DNA of 64,000 nucleotides from positions 228,064-292,063 of the forward strand of contig JAZKFH010000027.1 of the NCBI GenBank assembly GCA_040386535.1. The letters run 5' to 3'. Every line of letters begins with the position of its first letter. Position 1 is the stretch's first letter. The notes under the pieces were generated by a model that worked only from the letters and a program-made list of their open reading frames with translations, was not told where the DNA came from and ran no database searches. Shown one piece after another: positions 1 through 8,960 of this stretch. The translations under genes and the position numbers were made by a program. This DNA is from Myxococcota bacterium (lineage in GTDB: Bacteria; Myxococcota_A; UBA796; SXON01).

Positions 1-525
1 GCCGTGCCGGACGACCATCCCAAGGTGGTCGAGCTGCGCACCCTCTCCGAGTGGTCGGAGGGGCACGTCTGGTCCTGCCCCGAGCTGCACGGCGCCGTCA
101 CCGGGGTGTTCAAGAACCAGCTCGATTGGATCCCGCTCGCCATCGGCGCGGTGCGCCCCACCCAGGGCCGCACCCTCGCGATCCTCCAGGTGACCGGCGG
201 CTCCCAGTCCTTCAACGTGGTCAACACCTTGCGCCTCCTCGGGCGTTGGATGCGGATGTTCACCATCCCCAACCAATCGAGCGTGCCGAAGGCGTGGCAG
301 GAGTTCGACGAGGACGACCGGATGAGGGACTCGGAGTTCCGGGACCGGCTGGTGGACGTGATGGAGGAGCTGTGGAAGTTCACGCTGCTCACGCGGGACC
401 ACCGCGATTTCCTCGTCGACCGGTACAGCGAGCGGCGCGAGGCCGGCGTCAAGGCGATGCCGGCGGCCAAGGAGGCCGCGACCCCCGTGCGGCCCCTGGA
501 TCGCACCGGGAGCCAAAACCTTTAG
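1..525 (+). CDS. arsH: Arsenical resistance protein ArsH (NADPH-dependent FMN reductase), 5'-truncated by window edge
   Basis: Motifs [69 protein letters not shown] are typical of ArsH. Confidence 0.92.
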   Translation, partial: AVPDDHPKVVELRTLSEWSEGHVWSCPELHGAVTGVFKNQLDWIPLAIGAVRPTQGRTLAILQVTGGSQSFNVVNTLRLLGRWMRMFTIPNQSSVPKAWQEFDEDDRMRDSEFRDRLVDVMEELWKFTLLTRDHRDFLVDRYSERREAGVKAMPAAKEAATPVRPLDRTGSQNL

Positions 526-585
526 CTGAGGGGGGAACCGAAAGTGTCCGTCGCGCGTTCGTCACACGCGATGTAGCATGGGGGC

Positions 586-2646
586 ATGAACCTCCTCCTC
601 CTCCTGCTCGCCTGCACCTCCGGTGATGACAAGGTCGACGACACCGGCGCCGCCGATGCCGACACCGACACGGACGCCGATACCGACACGGACACCGACA
701 CCGACACGGACACCGAGATCCCGGTCGACGAGGACCGGGACGGGCACGACTCCACCGTCGACTGCAACGACAATGCCTACCAGATCTACCCGGGCGCCCC
801 GGAGGATTGTGACGGCGTAGACGACGATTGTGACGACGCGATCGACGAGGACTTCGACGCCGATCGCGACGGCGCCTTCTCCCTGGCCGAGTGCGACGCC
901 GGCACCGACTGCAACGACGCCGACGCCACCATCGCCCCCGGCACGGCCGAGGTCCCCTACGACGGCATCGACCAGGACTGCGACGGCGTGGACCTGACCG
1001 ACGTGGACGAGGACGGCTTCGAGGGCGGCGACGGCGGCTTCGATTGTGACGACGCCGACGCCACGATCCGCCCCGGCGCGGCCGAGATCGCGAAGGACGG
1101 CATCGACCAGGACTGTGACGGCGCGGACAGCCTGGATGGTGACGCCGACGGCTACGACGACGCCGACTTCGGCGGCGACGACTGTGACGACGCGAACCCC
1201 GAGGTGCGCCCGGGCGCCGACGACCCTCCGGAAGACGGCCTCGACGCGGACTGTGACGGCGGCGACTTCGCGATCCAGGCGCTGGCCGACGCGCCGGTCA
1301 GCATCGTCGGCGACGACACCGCGCAGGACCTGCTCGGGCAGGACGTGGCGCTCTGCGACCTCGACGGCGACACGCTGCTCGACCTCGTCATCGCCGTGCC
1401 GTTCGGCGAGAGCTACGCGGGCCAGGTCGGCATCTTCTACGGGGACGGCGCCGGCGCGTGGGGCCCCGACATGCGCATCGGGGACGCCGACACGCTCGTC
1501 CAGAGCACCGAGCAGTTCCTCGGCTTCGAGGTCGGCTGCGCGGATCTGGACGGCGACGGCAACGACGACCTCGTGACCGGCCGCGGCGAGATCGACTACT
1601 ACACGTCCTACCAGGCCGACTTCGAGCTCGTGATCTGGTACGGCACCGGCGGGAAGTTCCCGGCCACGATGTCCGAGGCGGACAGCGACGCCTCGCTCCA
1701 GATGATCCTGGGCGCCCCCCTCTACACGCCCACCGTCTACGGCCGCACCTTCACCGTCGCCGATCTCGACAGCGATGGCGCGAGCGAGATCGTGCTCGTG
1801 AACGCGGCCGACCCGACGCTGACCGCGGCCGACGACCAGTTCTACGTCATCGGTGGCGGGCGGTACGCGGGCGACCTCCAGCTGGCCGACGAGGCCCGCG
1901 CCGTGATCCAGGGGGAGGGGATCTCCACCTCCGTGGCGCTCCCGGACCTCGATGGGGACGGCGTCTCCGAGGTCCTGTTCGGCGAGTCCGCGCGTACCGG
2001 CCCGGTGGACGCGGACGGCGTGGTGACCTACCCCGGTCGCGCCTCGATCGTGTCGCAGGACGCCCTCGCCGACGGCGACCTCGGCACGCTCGCGTACGGC
2101 TTCTGGGACGGCGTGGGCTCGGAGCAGTTCGGGTTCACCGGCGCCCTCGGCGATTTCGACGGCGACGGCCTCGTGGACCTCGCCGTGGGCGCGTACGCGG
2201 ACGACACCGGCGCCGAGGACGCCGGCGCGCTCTACGTCTTCGCCCCGGCCGAAGGCGCGGTGCCGACGGCGGGCTCCTCGGTAGAGGCCGACGGGGTGCT
2301 GCGCGGCGGCACGGTGACCGGGTACTTTGGCTACCAGGTGGCGAACGCGGGCGACCTGGACGGGGACAGCGCGGACGATCTGCTCGTGACGGAGGTGAAC
2401 AGCGACGCGACGATGGGGCGGCTCTGGCTCGTCTCGGGTGCGCGGGCCGCGGGCTCCTCGACGTTGAACGAGGCGACGATCCGCGCGTGGACGGGCGAGG
2501 CGGCGTTGGCCTCGACGGGCGCGGCGCTCGCGGTGGGCGATCTCGACGGGGACGGGGAGGCCGACTTCGTGGTCGGCGCCTACACCTACATGTCGGACGG
2601 GCTGACCCAACGCGGGAAGGTCTACGTGCTGCTCAGCGGCTCGTAG
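586..2646 (+). CDS. Acidic lipoprotein with DT linker, MopE-like (putative metal-binding) repeats and FG-GAP beta-propeller repeats
   Basis: MNLLLLLLAC lipobox; DTDTDT run; repeated DCDDxDAxIxPGAxExxDGIDQDCDG; DLDGDGxxDLVxG FG-GAP motifs. Confidence 0.85.
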   Translation: MNLLLLLLACTSGDDKVDDTGAADADTDTDADTDTDTDTDTDTEIPVDEDRDGHDSTVDCNDNAYQIYPGAPEDCDGVDDDCDDAIDEDFDADRDGAFSLAECDAGTDCNDADATIAPGTAEVPYDGIDQDCDGVDLTDVDEDGFEGGDGGFDCDDADATIRPGAAEIAKDGIDQDCDGADSLDGDADGYDDADFGGDDCDDANPEVRPGADDPPEDGLDADCDGGDFAIQALADAPVSIVGDDTAQDLLGQDVALCDLDGDTLLDLVIAVPFGESYAGQVGIFYGDGAGAWGPDMRIGDADTLVQSTEQFLGFEVGCADLDGDGNDDLVTGRGEIDYYTSYQADFELVIWYGTGGKFPATMSEADSDASLQMILGAPLYTPTVYGRTFTVADLDSDGASEIVLVNAADPTLTAADDQFYVIGGGRYAGDLQLADEARAVIQGEGISTSVALPDLDGDGVSEVLFGESARTGPVDADGVVTYPGRASIVSQDALADGDLGTLAYGFWDGVGSEQFGFTGALGDFDGDGLVDLAVGAYADDTGAEDAGALYVFAPAEGAVPTAGSSVEADGVLRGGTVTGYFGYQVANAGDLDGDSADDLLVTEVNSDATMGRLWLVSGARAAGSSTLNEATIRAWTGEAALASTGAALAVGDLDGDGEADFVVGAYTYMSDGLTQRGKVYVLLSGS

Positions 2647-2653
2647 CACCTCT

Positions 2654-2713
2654 CCGGCCTGTCACTCGCCGGCCTGTCACTCGCCGGCCTGTCACTCGCC
2701 GGTCTGTCACTCG
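2654..2713. repeat. 15-bp tandem repeat x4 (ccggcctgtcactcg); the last unit contains the stop codon of the minus-strand gene
   Basis: Units start at 2654, 2669, 2684, 2699 (one mismatch in the last); TCA at 2707-2709. Confidence 0.95.
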
Positions 2714-3423
2714 GCGGTCACGGTCATGCGGCGGAACTCGAGGATGCCCGTCGCCATGAGCGAGGCGAGGGTGTTCACGTCCGTCACGTCGACCGCCTCG
2801 TTGACACGCAAACCGGCCACGCCGATGGCGTACTCGCCGGGCTCGGCGAAGGTGTCACCGGGGATGTCGGCGTCGAGGACCGGCGCCTCCACGAGCATGT
2901 CGTAGACCACGCCGGCGCCGTCGGGGGCGTTGTTCCAGAGCTCCTCCTTGGTGCCGACGTTGAGGACGACGGCGACGATGCCGTCGTAGTCTTCGCTGCC
3001 AACGTCGAGGTGCAGACCGGTGCCGGCGGCGAGCGTGAGGGGGATGTTGATAGAGGCGGCGGGTGCGCCCTCGGTGCGGAGGATCTCGCTGCCGTCGCGC
3101 TCGATGATGAGCGTCTCGCCCGGGGTGTAGGAGACGCCGGTGCCCTCGGCGGTGGACCAGACGCCTTCGCCTTCGTTGCCGAACGCGAGGGTGCCGTTGG
3201 TGTCGGACACCAGGCTTAGCGCCACGTCGGTGGGGAAGGTCCCTTCGAGGCTGGAGAGGTAGGCGGCAGCGCGGCCGCCGTGCTCGTAGGCCGTGCCGGA
3301 CAGGTCGAGATCGGCGGGCTTGGCGAGCGCCACCACCAGGCCCTCTGCCACGTCAGGGTTGGTGACCCCGCCCAGGAGCATGTCGATCTCGTCGCAACCA
3401 ATCAGGAGAAGGAAGAAAGTCAT
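2707..3423 (-). CDS. Hypothetical lipoprotein
   Basis: MTFFLLLIGC lipobox-like start; acidic beta-rich sequence with genome-typical codon use. Confidence 0.75.
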   Translation of the reverse strand: MTFFLLLIGCDEIDMLLGGVTNPDVAEGLVVALAKPADLDLSGTAYEHGGRAAAYLSSLEGTFPTDVALSLVSDTNGTLAFGNEGEGVWSTAEGTGVSYTPGETLIIERDGSEILRTEGAPAASINIPLTLAAGTGLHLDVGSEDYDGIVAVVLNVGTKEELWNNAPDGAGVVYDMLVEAPVLDADIPGDTFAEPGEYAIGVAGLRVNEAVDVTDVNTLASLMATGILEFRRMTVTAE

Positions 3424-3521
3424 GTCGTTACCCTCGTGACTCCTGCATCGGTCCGCGGCGGCGGGGGCTTGAGGGGGAAGGGCGAAGAAAGTGGCGGGGG
3501 GGATCGGGTTATCCCCCGCCG

Positions 3522-4853
3522 ATGATGGACTGGTCGCGACTCCTCACCCCCCATCGCCTCGGTCGCACCGATCAGGGCGGCAAGGCCGGCCACACCTCGT
3601 TCGAACGCGACTTCGATCGCGTGTTGTTCTCACGCCCCTTCCGGCGGCTGCAGGACAAGACACAGGTGTTTCCCATGCCGGCCAACGATCACGTGCACAA
3701 CCGCATGACGCACAGCCTGGAGGTGGCGAGCGTGGGGCGGTCGCTCGGAAAACGCGCCGGCTACATCGTGTTGGAGCGGCACCCCGATCTCGTGGGGTAC
3801 AACCCGGCGGATCTCGGGGACATCGTGGCCGCGGCGTGCCTGATGCACGACCTCGGCAACCCTCCCTTCGGCCACGCCGGCGAGGACGCGATCGGGGCCT
3901 GGTTCCGCGATGCCACCGCCCGCGGCGCGCTCGACCGGCTCACCGAGCACGAGCAGGCCGACGTGTGTCACTTCGAGGGCAACGCGCAGACCTTCCGCAC
4001 CGTGGCGCAGCTGGAGAACCACCCGGGGCAGGGTGGCATGCAGCTCACCCACGCCACGCTCGCCGCGGTGGTGAAGTACCCGCAGCCCTCCTCGCAGATG
4101 CGCGCGCGCCCGGGCGTGGCGCACAAGAAGTTCAACTACTTCCAGGCCGAGGCCGCGCTGTTCGCGCAGGTCGCCGACGCCGTGGGGCTCGACCAGGTTG
4201 CCGAGGGCGTGTGGCGGCGGCACCCGCTCGCGTGGCTGGTCGAGGCCGCGGACGACCTGTGCTTCCACATCCTCGACGCCGAGGACGGCTACCTGCTCGG
4301 CCTGTTCGGCTACGAGGAGATCCGCGACCTGTTCGATCCGTTGGCCGGCGGCGGCCCGCCGACGATGGAGGAGCGCGCGAGCGTGGGGTGGCTGCGCGCC
4401 AAGGCCATCGGGAAGCTGGTGGACGAGTGTGTGGAGGCGTTCGTCCAGAGCGAGGCGCTCCTGCTCGGCGAGGGCCTCGACAAGCCCATCGCGGCGCTCA
4501 TCCCCTCTGCGCCGGCGCTGGAGCGCGTGGCCGTACGGTCGCGCGCACGCTGCTACAAGGCGCCCGAGGTGCTCCGCGTCGAGCTCGCCGGGTACCGCGT
4601 CCTCGGCGAGCTGCTGGGCCTGTTCGTGCCCGCGGCGCTCGCGGAGCGCCCGGACGGCCGCGAGAAGAAGGTGCTCGACCTGCTCCCCGGCGCCGTCCGG
4701 AGCGCGTCCACGCCCTACACGCGCGTGCTCGCCGTCACCGACTACGTCGCGGGCATGACCGACGGCTTCGCGGTGCGCACGTACCGGGAGCTCACCGGCG
4801 GCGCGCTCCCCGAGATCACCGGGCGGCACCGGGGGCGGATGGAGGTGGGGTGA
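3522..4853 (+). CDS. dgt: dGTP triphosphohydrolase (HD domain)
   Basis: FERDFDRVLFSRPFRRLQDKTQVF, HNRMTHSLEV, HDLGNPPFGHAGE, FEGNAQ, EAADD, DYVAGMTD. Confidence 0.93.
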   Translation: MMDWSRLLTPHRLGRTDQGGKAGHTSFERDFDRVLFSRPFRRLQDKTQVFPMPANDHVHNRMTHSLEVASVGRSLGKRAGYIVLERHPDLVGYNPADLGDIVAAACLMHDLGNPPFGHAGEDAIGAWFRDATARGALDRLTEHEQADVCHFEGNAQTFRTVAQLENHPGQGGMQLTHATLAAVVKYPQPSSQMRARPGVAHKKFNYFQAEAALFAQVADAVGLDQVAEGVWRRHPLAWLVEAADDLCFHILDAEDGYLLGLFGYEEIRDLFDPLAGGGPPTMEERASVGWLRAKAIGKLVDECVEAFVQSEALLLGEGLDKPIAALIPSAPALERVAVRSRARCYKAPEVLRVELAGYRVLGELLGLFVPAALAERPDGREKKVLDLLPGAVRSASTPYTRVLAVTDYVAGMTDGFAVRTYRELTGGALPEITGRHRGRMEVG

Positions 4854-4930
4854 GTTGTCCATAGTTGTGGGCCTCCTGTGGACGACCGGTTGTACCAAAT
4901 GAATGGCCCGTCTTCCGCACTTCTTCTTCA

Positions 4931-4966
4931 GGTTGTGCATTGACTAGTCAATAGGGAGGGACAACT
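4931..4966. promoter_or_regulatory. 36-bp nested palindromic element, copy 1 (ggttgtgcATTGACTAGTCAATagggagggacaact)
   Basis: 30/36 identical to 8826-8861; central perfect palindrome ATTGACTAGTCAAT; function unknown. Confidence 0.65.
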
Positions 4967-5052
4967 CCCGCTCGTCGGCCGGTGGGGCGTCCCGTGGGTC
5001 GATTGGCTGAACACCTGTGCCGGATCCGCGCGGTCGGTTAGAGCCGCCCGCC

Positions 5053-7098
5053 ATGTCCGATCTGCCCGCCCTCGTCGACGAAGAAACGGCGATCATCGCC
5101 CGTGTCGTCCCGGCCCTCCGCACCCTCCAGTCGGAGGACGGCGAGCGGGAGCGCGCCCTCGTCGAACGGGCCCGCACGCTGCACCAGCAATGGACCGACG
5201 CCCGCGGCGATCAGGCCCAGCGCGAGGCCTTCGAGGAGGGGCTGGACGAGGCGAAGCGCGCGTTGACCTCCCACCGCACGGCCCGCCGCGCACGGGACCT
5301 CCCGGTCGGCACGCCGTACTTCGCGCGGATGGTGCTCCAGGAGGGCGCGCGTCGGCAGGAGATCCTGCTCGGCAAGGTCGGCGTCGTCGAGCGGGGGCTC
5401 GCGATCTGCGACTGGCGGGATGCCCCGATCAGCCAGCTCTACTACACGTACGAGGAGGGCGAGGAGTTCGAGGAGGAGATCGGCGGCCGCACGCGGGAGG
5501 GCGTGCTGGCCGTGCGGCGGCGCGTAGACATCCGCGAGGGCGTGCTGGTCGAGGTGCAGGGCGGCGCCACCACGCTCCGCATGCGGCCGGACGGCAGCTA
5601 CGCCGTGCCGGGGAGCAGCCGCGCCGAGAAGGACGATCACCGGTTGCCCGACATCGTCTCGCTCATCACGCGCGAGCAGTTCCAGGTCATCGCGCGGCCC
5701 ACGGCGGGCGTCGTGCTGCTCCGCGGGCGCGCCGGGTCGGGCAAGACCACCGTGGCGCTTCATCGCATCGCGTACCTGCACTTCCAGGATCCCCAGCGTT
5801 TCCGCCCCGAGCGGATGCTGGTGGTGATGTTCAACAAGGCGCTCCAGACCTACATCTCGCGCGTGTTGCCCGAGCTCGGCGTCCAGGGCGTCACGGTGGA
5901 GACGTTCCACGGCTGGGCGCGCCGCATCCTCCGCAGCGGTGGCATCAGCCTCGAGATGCGCGCGTCGTCGCCCGCCGTCGCGAAGCTCAAGCGCCACCCC
6001 GCCATCGGCGTGCTCCTCGCCGCGCACGTCGAGCGCCTGGGGGACAAGTCCGCCGGGTGGGTGCGGGACCAGCTCGGCGAGGCCGGCGCGACCACCTGGG
6101 ACGCCACGCCCGGCCGCGGCCTCGCGCGCATCGCCGCCTTCCGCAAGCGCCACCCCGGCGCGTGGTGGAACAAGCTCCGCTCGCGCCTGCTCGACCACAC
6201 GAAAGACCTATGGGCGCTCTTCGACGACGACGCGTTGTGCCGCGAGGTGCTCCCCGCCGCGCTCCACAGCGCCCTGCCCGCCGCCCGCAAGCACCAGGCC
6301 GGCTGCGCGGAGGGCGCGTACCTCGACTGGGAGGACGCCGCGCTGCTGCTGCGCCTGGGCCAGCTCAAACACCAGGCCGACGGCGAGCTGCCATGCGGCT
6401 GGGCGGGGCTGTACGCCCACCTCGTCATCGACGAGGCGCAGGATCTGTCGACCGTCGAGATCGAGGCCCTCGTGGACGCGTGTGACGTGGGCCGCTCCGT
6501 CACGATCGCCGGGGATCCCGCGCAGAAGATCCTCGCCGACGCCCAGTTCGAGGGCTTCGAGCAGCTGCTCCAACGCCTCACCGGCCAGGTCGAGGTGCGC
6601 CTCGACGCCCTCGCGGTCGGCCACCGCTCCACGCGCCCGATCATGTCCCTCGCCATCACCGCGCTCGGCCAGGGCCCCTCGGCCGATCCCGCCGTGATCG
6701 CCGCCCGGGACGGCGAGCCCGTCGAGTGGTTCGAAGGGGACGACAACGCGCTCACCGCCCAGGTGGCCGAGGCCATCGCGCGCTTCCGCGAGGCCCGTCC
6801 CAGCGCCCTCGTGGCGGTGCTGGCCAAGGGCAAGACCACGGCCGACCAGTGGGCGCGCCGCCTGGACGGGGCCGCGGTGTTCGGGGTGCGCCGCGCGGCG
6901 CGGGCCGACTTCTCGTTCCAGCCCGGCGTCGTCGTAAGCAACGTGCACCAGGTCAAGGGCCTCGAGTTCGACGGCGTGGTGCTCATCGAGCCCGCCGAGT
7001 TCAGCGAGAGCGACAAGCAGCTCCTGCACGTGGCGATCACCCGCGCGGCCGACCGGCTGTGGATCGTCGCGGGGCGGGGACGCGGTCGGTTGGGGTAG
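5053..7098 (+). CDS. HelD-like SF1 (UvrD-family) helicase/ATPase, putative RNA polymerase recycling factor
   Basis: PYFARM, DWRDAPISQLYY, LPDIVSLITREQ, Walker A GRAGSGKTTVALHRIAYL, VIDEAQD, AGDPAQ, KGLEFDGV, LHVAITRA; ATG at 5053 preferred. Confidence 0.85.
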   Translation: MSDLPALVDEETAIIARVVPALRTLQSEDGERERALVERARTLHQQWTDARGDQAQREAFEEGLDEAKRALTSHRTARRARDLPVGTPYFARMVLQEGARRQEILLGKVGVVERGLAICDWRDAPISQLYYTYEEGEEFEEEIGGRTREGVLAVRRRVDIREGVLVEVQGGATTLRMRPDGSYAVPGSSRAEKDDHRLPDIVSLITREQFQVIARPTAGVVLLRGRAGSGKTTVALHRIAYLHFQDPQRFRPERMLVVMFNKALQTYISRVLPELGVQGVTVETFHGWARRILRSGGISLEMRASSPAVAKLKRHPAIGVLLAAHVERLGDKSAGWVRDQLGEAGATTWDATPGRGLARIAAFRKRHPGAWWNKLRSRLLDHTKDLWALFDDDALCREVLPAALHSALPAARKHQAGCAEGAYLDWEDAALLLRLGQLKHQADGELPCGWAGLYAHLVIDEAQDLSTVEIEALVDACDVGRSVTIAGDPAQKILADAQFEGFEQLLQRLTGQVEVRLDALAVGHRSTRPIMSLAITALGQGPSADPAVIAARDGEPVEWFEGDDNALTAQVAEAIARFREARPSALVAVLAKGKTTADQWARRLDGAAVFGVRRAARADFSFQPGVVVSNVHQVKGLEFDGVVLIEPAEFSESDKQLLHVAITRAADRLWIVAGRGRGRLG

Positions 7099-7141
7099 GC
7101 GGCGCGTCGGCGCGTCCCTACGATGTCCAGGGACCAACGAC

Positions 7142-7777
7142 ATGCCCGGGACCGTAGACACCCCCGTGTTCCTGCCAATCCTGCTCGGCACCGTGCGCCA
7201 GGGGCGGCAGAGCGAGAAGGTGGCCAACCTCCTGCTCGATCGCATGCGCGGGCACCCGGAGATCGAGACCCGCCTGTTCGACCCGCGGGACATGTGCCTG
7301 CCGATGGACGACGAGGGCCAGGAGCTCAAGTTCCGGAACCCCGAGTACCGCGACGCGATCGTGCGTGCCGACGGCCTGGTCCTCGTCTCGCCCGAGTACA
7401 ACCACGGCTACCCGGGGAGCCTCAAGCGGGCGCTGGACGTGCTCCTGACCGAGTACGTGCACCGCGCGGTGGGCCTGGTGGGCGTGTCCGCGGGCGGGTT
7501 CGGCGGCGTGCGGGCCGTCGAGAAGCTGGTGAGCGTGGTGCGCGAGCTCGGCCTGATGGTGACGTTCACCGACCTGAACGTGTCGCGCGTGGAGGAGGCG
7601 TTCAACGTGGACGGCACGCCGCGGGACGCGTCGCTCGACAAGCGCATCGACGCGTTCCTGACGGAGCTGGTGTGGGTGGCGCGTGTCCTGCGGTGGGGCC
7701 GCGCGAACGTTCCGAGCCGCTACGATCAGCGCGCGCGCGAGCTGCAGGAGGAGTGGGAGCGGCGGCGGGGGGGCTGA
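7142..7777 (+). CDS. NADPH-dependent FMN reductase
   Basis: ILLGTVRQGRQSEKVA, ADGLVLVSPEYNHGYPGSLKRALD, SAGGFGGVRA. Confidence 0.9.
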   Translation: MPGTVDTPVFLPILLGTVRQGRQSEKVANLLLDRMRGHPEIETRLFDPRDMCLPMDDEGQELKFRNPEYRDAIVRADGLVLVSPEYNHGYPGSLKRALDVLLTEYVHRAVGLVGVSAGGFGGVRAVEKLVSVVRELGLMVTFTDLNVSRVEEAFNVDGTPRDASLDKRIDAFLTELVWVARVLRWGRANVPSRYDQRARELQEEWERRRGG

Positions 7778-7805
7778 ACGGCCCCTCTCTCTCGAGCCGC
7801 CGCGC

Positions 7806-8714
7806 TCACTCGTTGTTCCGCCGCCCCGCCTCCGCCAACGTGGGCGCGAACCACCGGGGCCCCGGCAGGTCGCGGCCGAGCCGGGTCGTGTCGCCGTCGG
7901 CGGGCTCCGGGCCCGGCAGGAAGGTCACGAACACGTCGGTCAGCCACGCCACGAGCCCCGGCGCGACGGCCTCCGCGAGCACGGCGAGCTTGCCGTGCAC
8001 GGTCGGGACCAGGCGCGCGTCCCCACGCCGGGTGGCCGCCACGATGCGGCGGGCGGCACGATCGGAGGCCTGGGAGAGCAGCGGGGCGTTGTCCGACGTC
8101 GCGAACCACCGGTACTCGTCGGCGTGGCTGCCCTTCACCTCCACGTGGGGCGGCGAGCCGGTGCGGGTGAGCCACGGGCACACCGTCGTGACCGCGATGC
8201 CCCGTGGCGCGAGCTCGGCGCGGAGGGTGCCGGAGAGCCCGACGAGGGCGTGCTTGCTGGCGGTGTAGGGCGCCATGTGCGGCACGGGCACGAGCCCGCC
8301 GATGGAGCTCACGTTCACGATGCGGCTGCCGCGCCCCATGTGGGGCAGGCACGCGCGGACGAGGTGGAGCGGCGCCAGGACGTGCAGGTCGAGGCTGCGC
8401 GTCCAGTCGTCGTCCGCCATGTGCTCGAAGGGCCCGACCTGGATGAGGCCCGCGTTGTTCACGAGCACGTCGACCCGGCCCCAGGTACGCACGACCTCGT
8501 GGACGGCCGTGTGGACCTGCTCCAGTACGGTCACGTCGCACGGGATCGCGAGGACGTCGCGGTACCCGAGCAGGGTCACCGCGCGGTTGAGCTCGGCGGG
8601 ATCACGCGCGAGCAGGGCCACCTTGGCGCCTTCGGCGGCGAAGCGGCGAGCCAGTTCGAGGCCCAGGCCCCGGGAGCCGCCCGTGAGGACGACCACCCGG
8701 TCGCGGAAGTCCAT
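7806..8714 (-). CDS. Short-chain dehydrogenase/reductase
   Basis: TGGSRGLG, DVLVNNAG, NVSSIGG, YTASK; start MDFRDRVV at 8714. Confidence 0.9.
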   Translation of the reverse strand: MDFRDRVVVLTGGSRGLGLELARRFAAEGAKVALLARDPAELNRAVTLLGYRDVLAIPCDVTVLEQVHTAVHEVVRTWGRVDVLVNNAGLIQVGPFEHMADDDWTRSLDLHVLAPLHLVRACLPHMGRGSRIVNVSSIGGLVPVPHMAPYTASKHALVGLSGTLRAELAPRGIAVTTVCPWLTRTGSPPHVEVKGSHADEYRWFATSDNAPLLSQASDRAARRIVAATRRGDARLVPTVHGKLAVLAEAVAPGLVAWLTDVFVTFLPGPEPADGDTTRLGRDLPGPRWFAPTLAEAGRRNNE

Positions 8715-8825
8715 AGCGGGGAAGCGGGGGGGGAGGTGACGGCGGATGCGGTTGAACATCCATAAAAGGTAGCTCGGAGGCGGGGAGGTTCCGTCGCGGC
8801 CCGTCACGGGTGAGGTAGGGGCAGA

Positions 8826-8861
8826 GGTTGTCCATTGACTTGTCAATATCTATGGACAACT
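8826..8861. promoter_or_regulatory. 36-bp nested palindromic element, copy 2 (ggttgtccATTGACTTGTCAATatctatggacaact)
   Basis: Outer arms GTTGTCCAT/ATGGACAAC, inner ATTGAC-TT-GTCAAT; lies between divergent SDR and esterase genes. Confidence 0.65.
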
Positions 8862-8960
8862 TCGTGGGGACAACACGGCGGGGCGGTGAGCCGCGAAAAA
8901 ACCGGCCGCGGCCGCGGTCGATCCCGATCTCCGTGGCTACCCTCCGCGGGGGAGTGTGGC

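Noticed and set aside
4853..5050. Replication origin (oriC)
   Set aside because: Boxes are degenerate and few, there is no clear DUE, and no dnaA/dnaN/gidA/parAB context
3522..7098. dGTPase plus helicase as an anti-phage defence system
   Set aside because: Separated by a 200-bp regulatory gap; the helicase looks HelD-like; no other defence or mobile genes nearby; both have host-like composition
4931..8861. 36-bp GTTGT...ACAAC elements as CRISPR repeats
   Set aside because: Only two imperfect copies, 3.9 kb apart, with no spacer periodicity and no cas genes in the window
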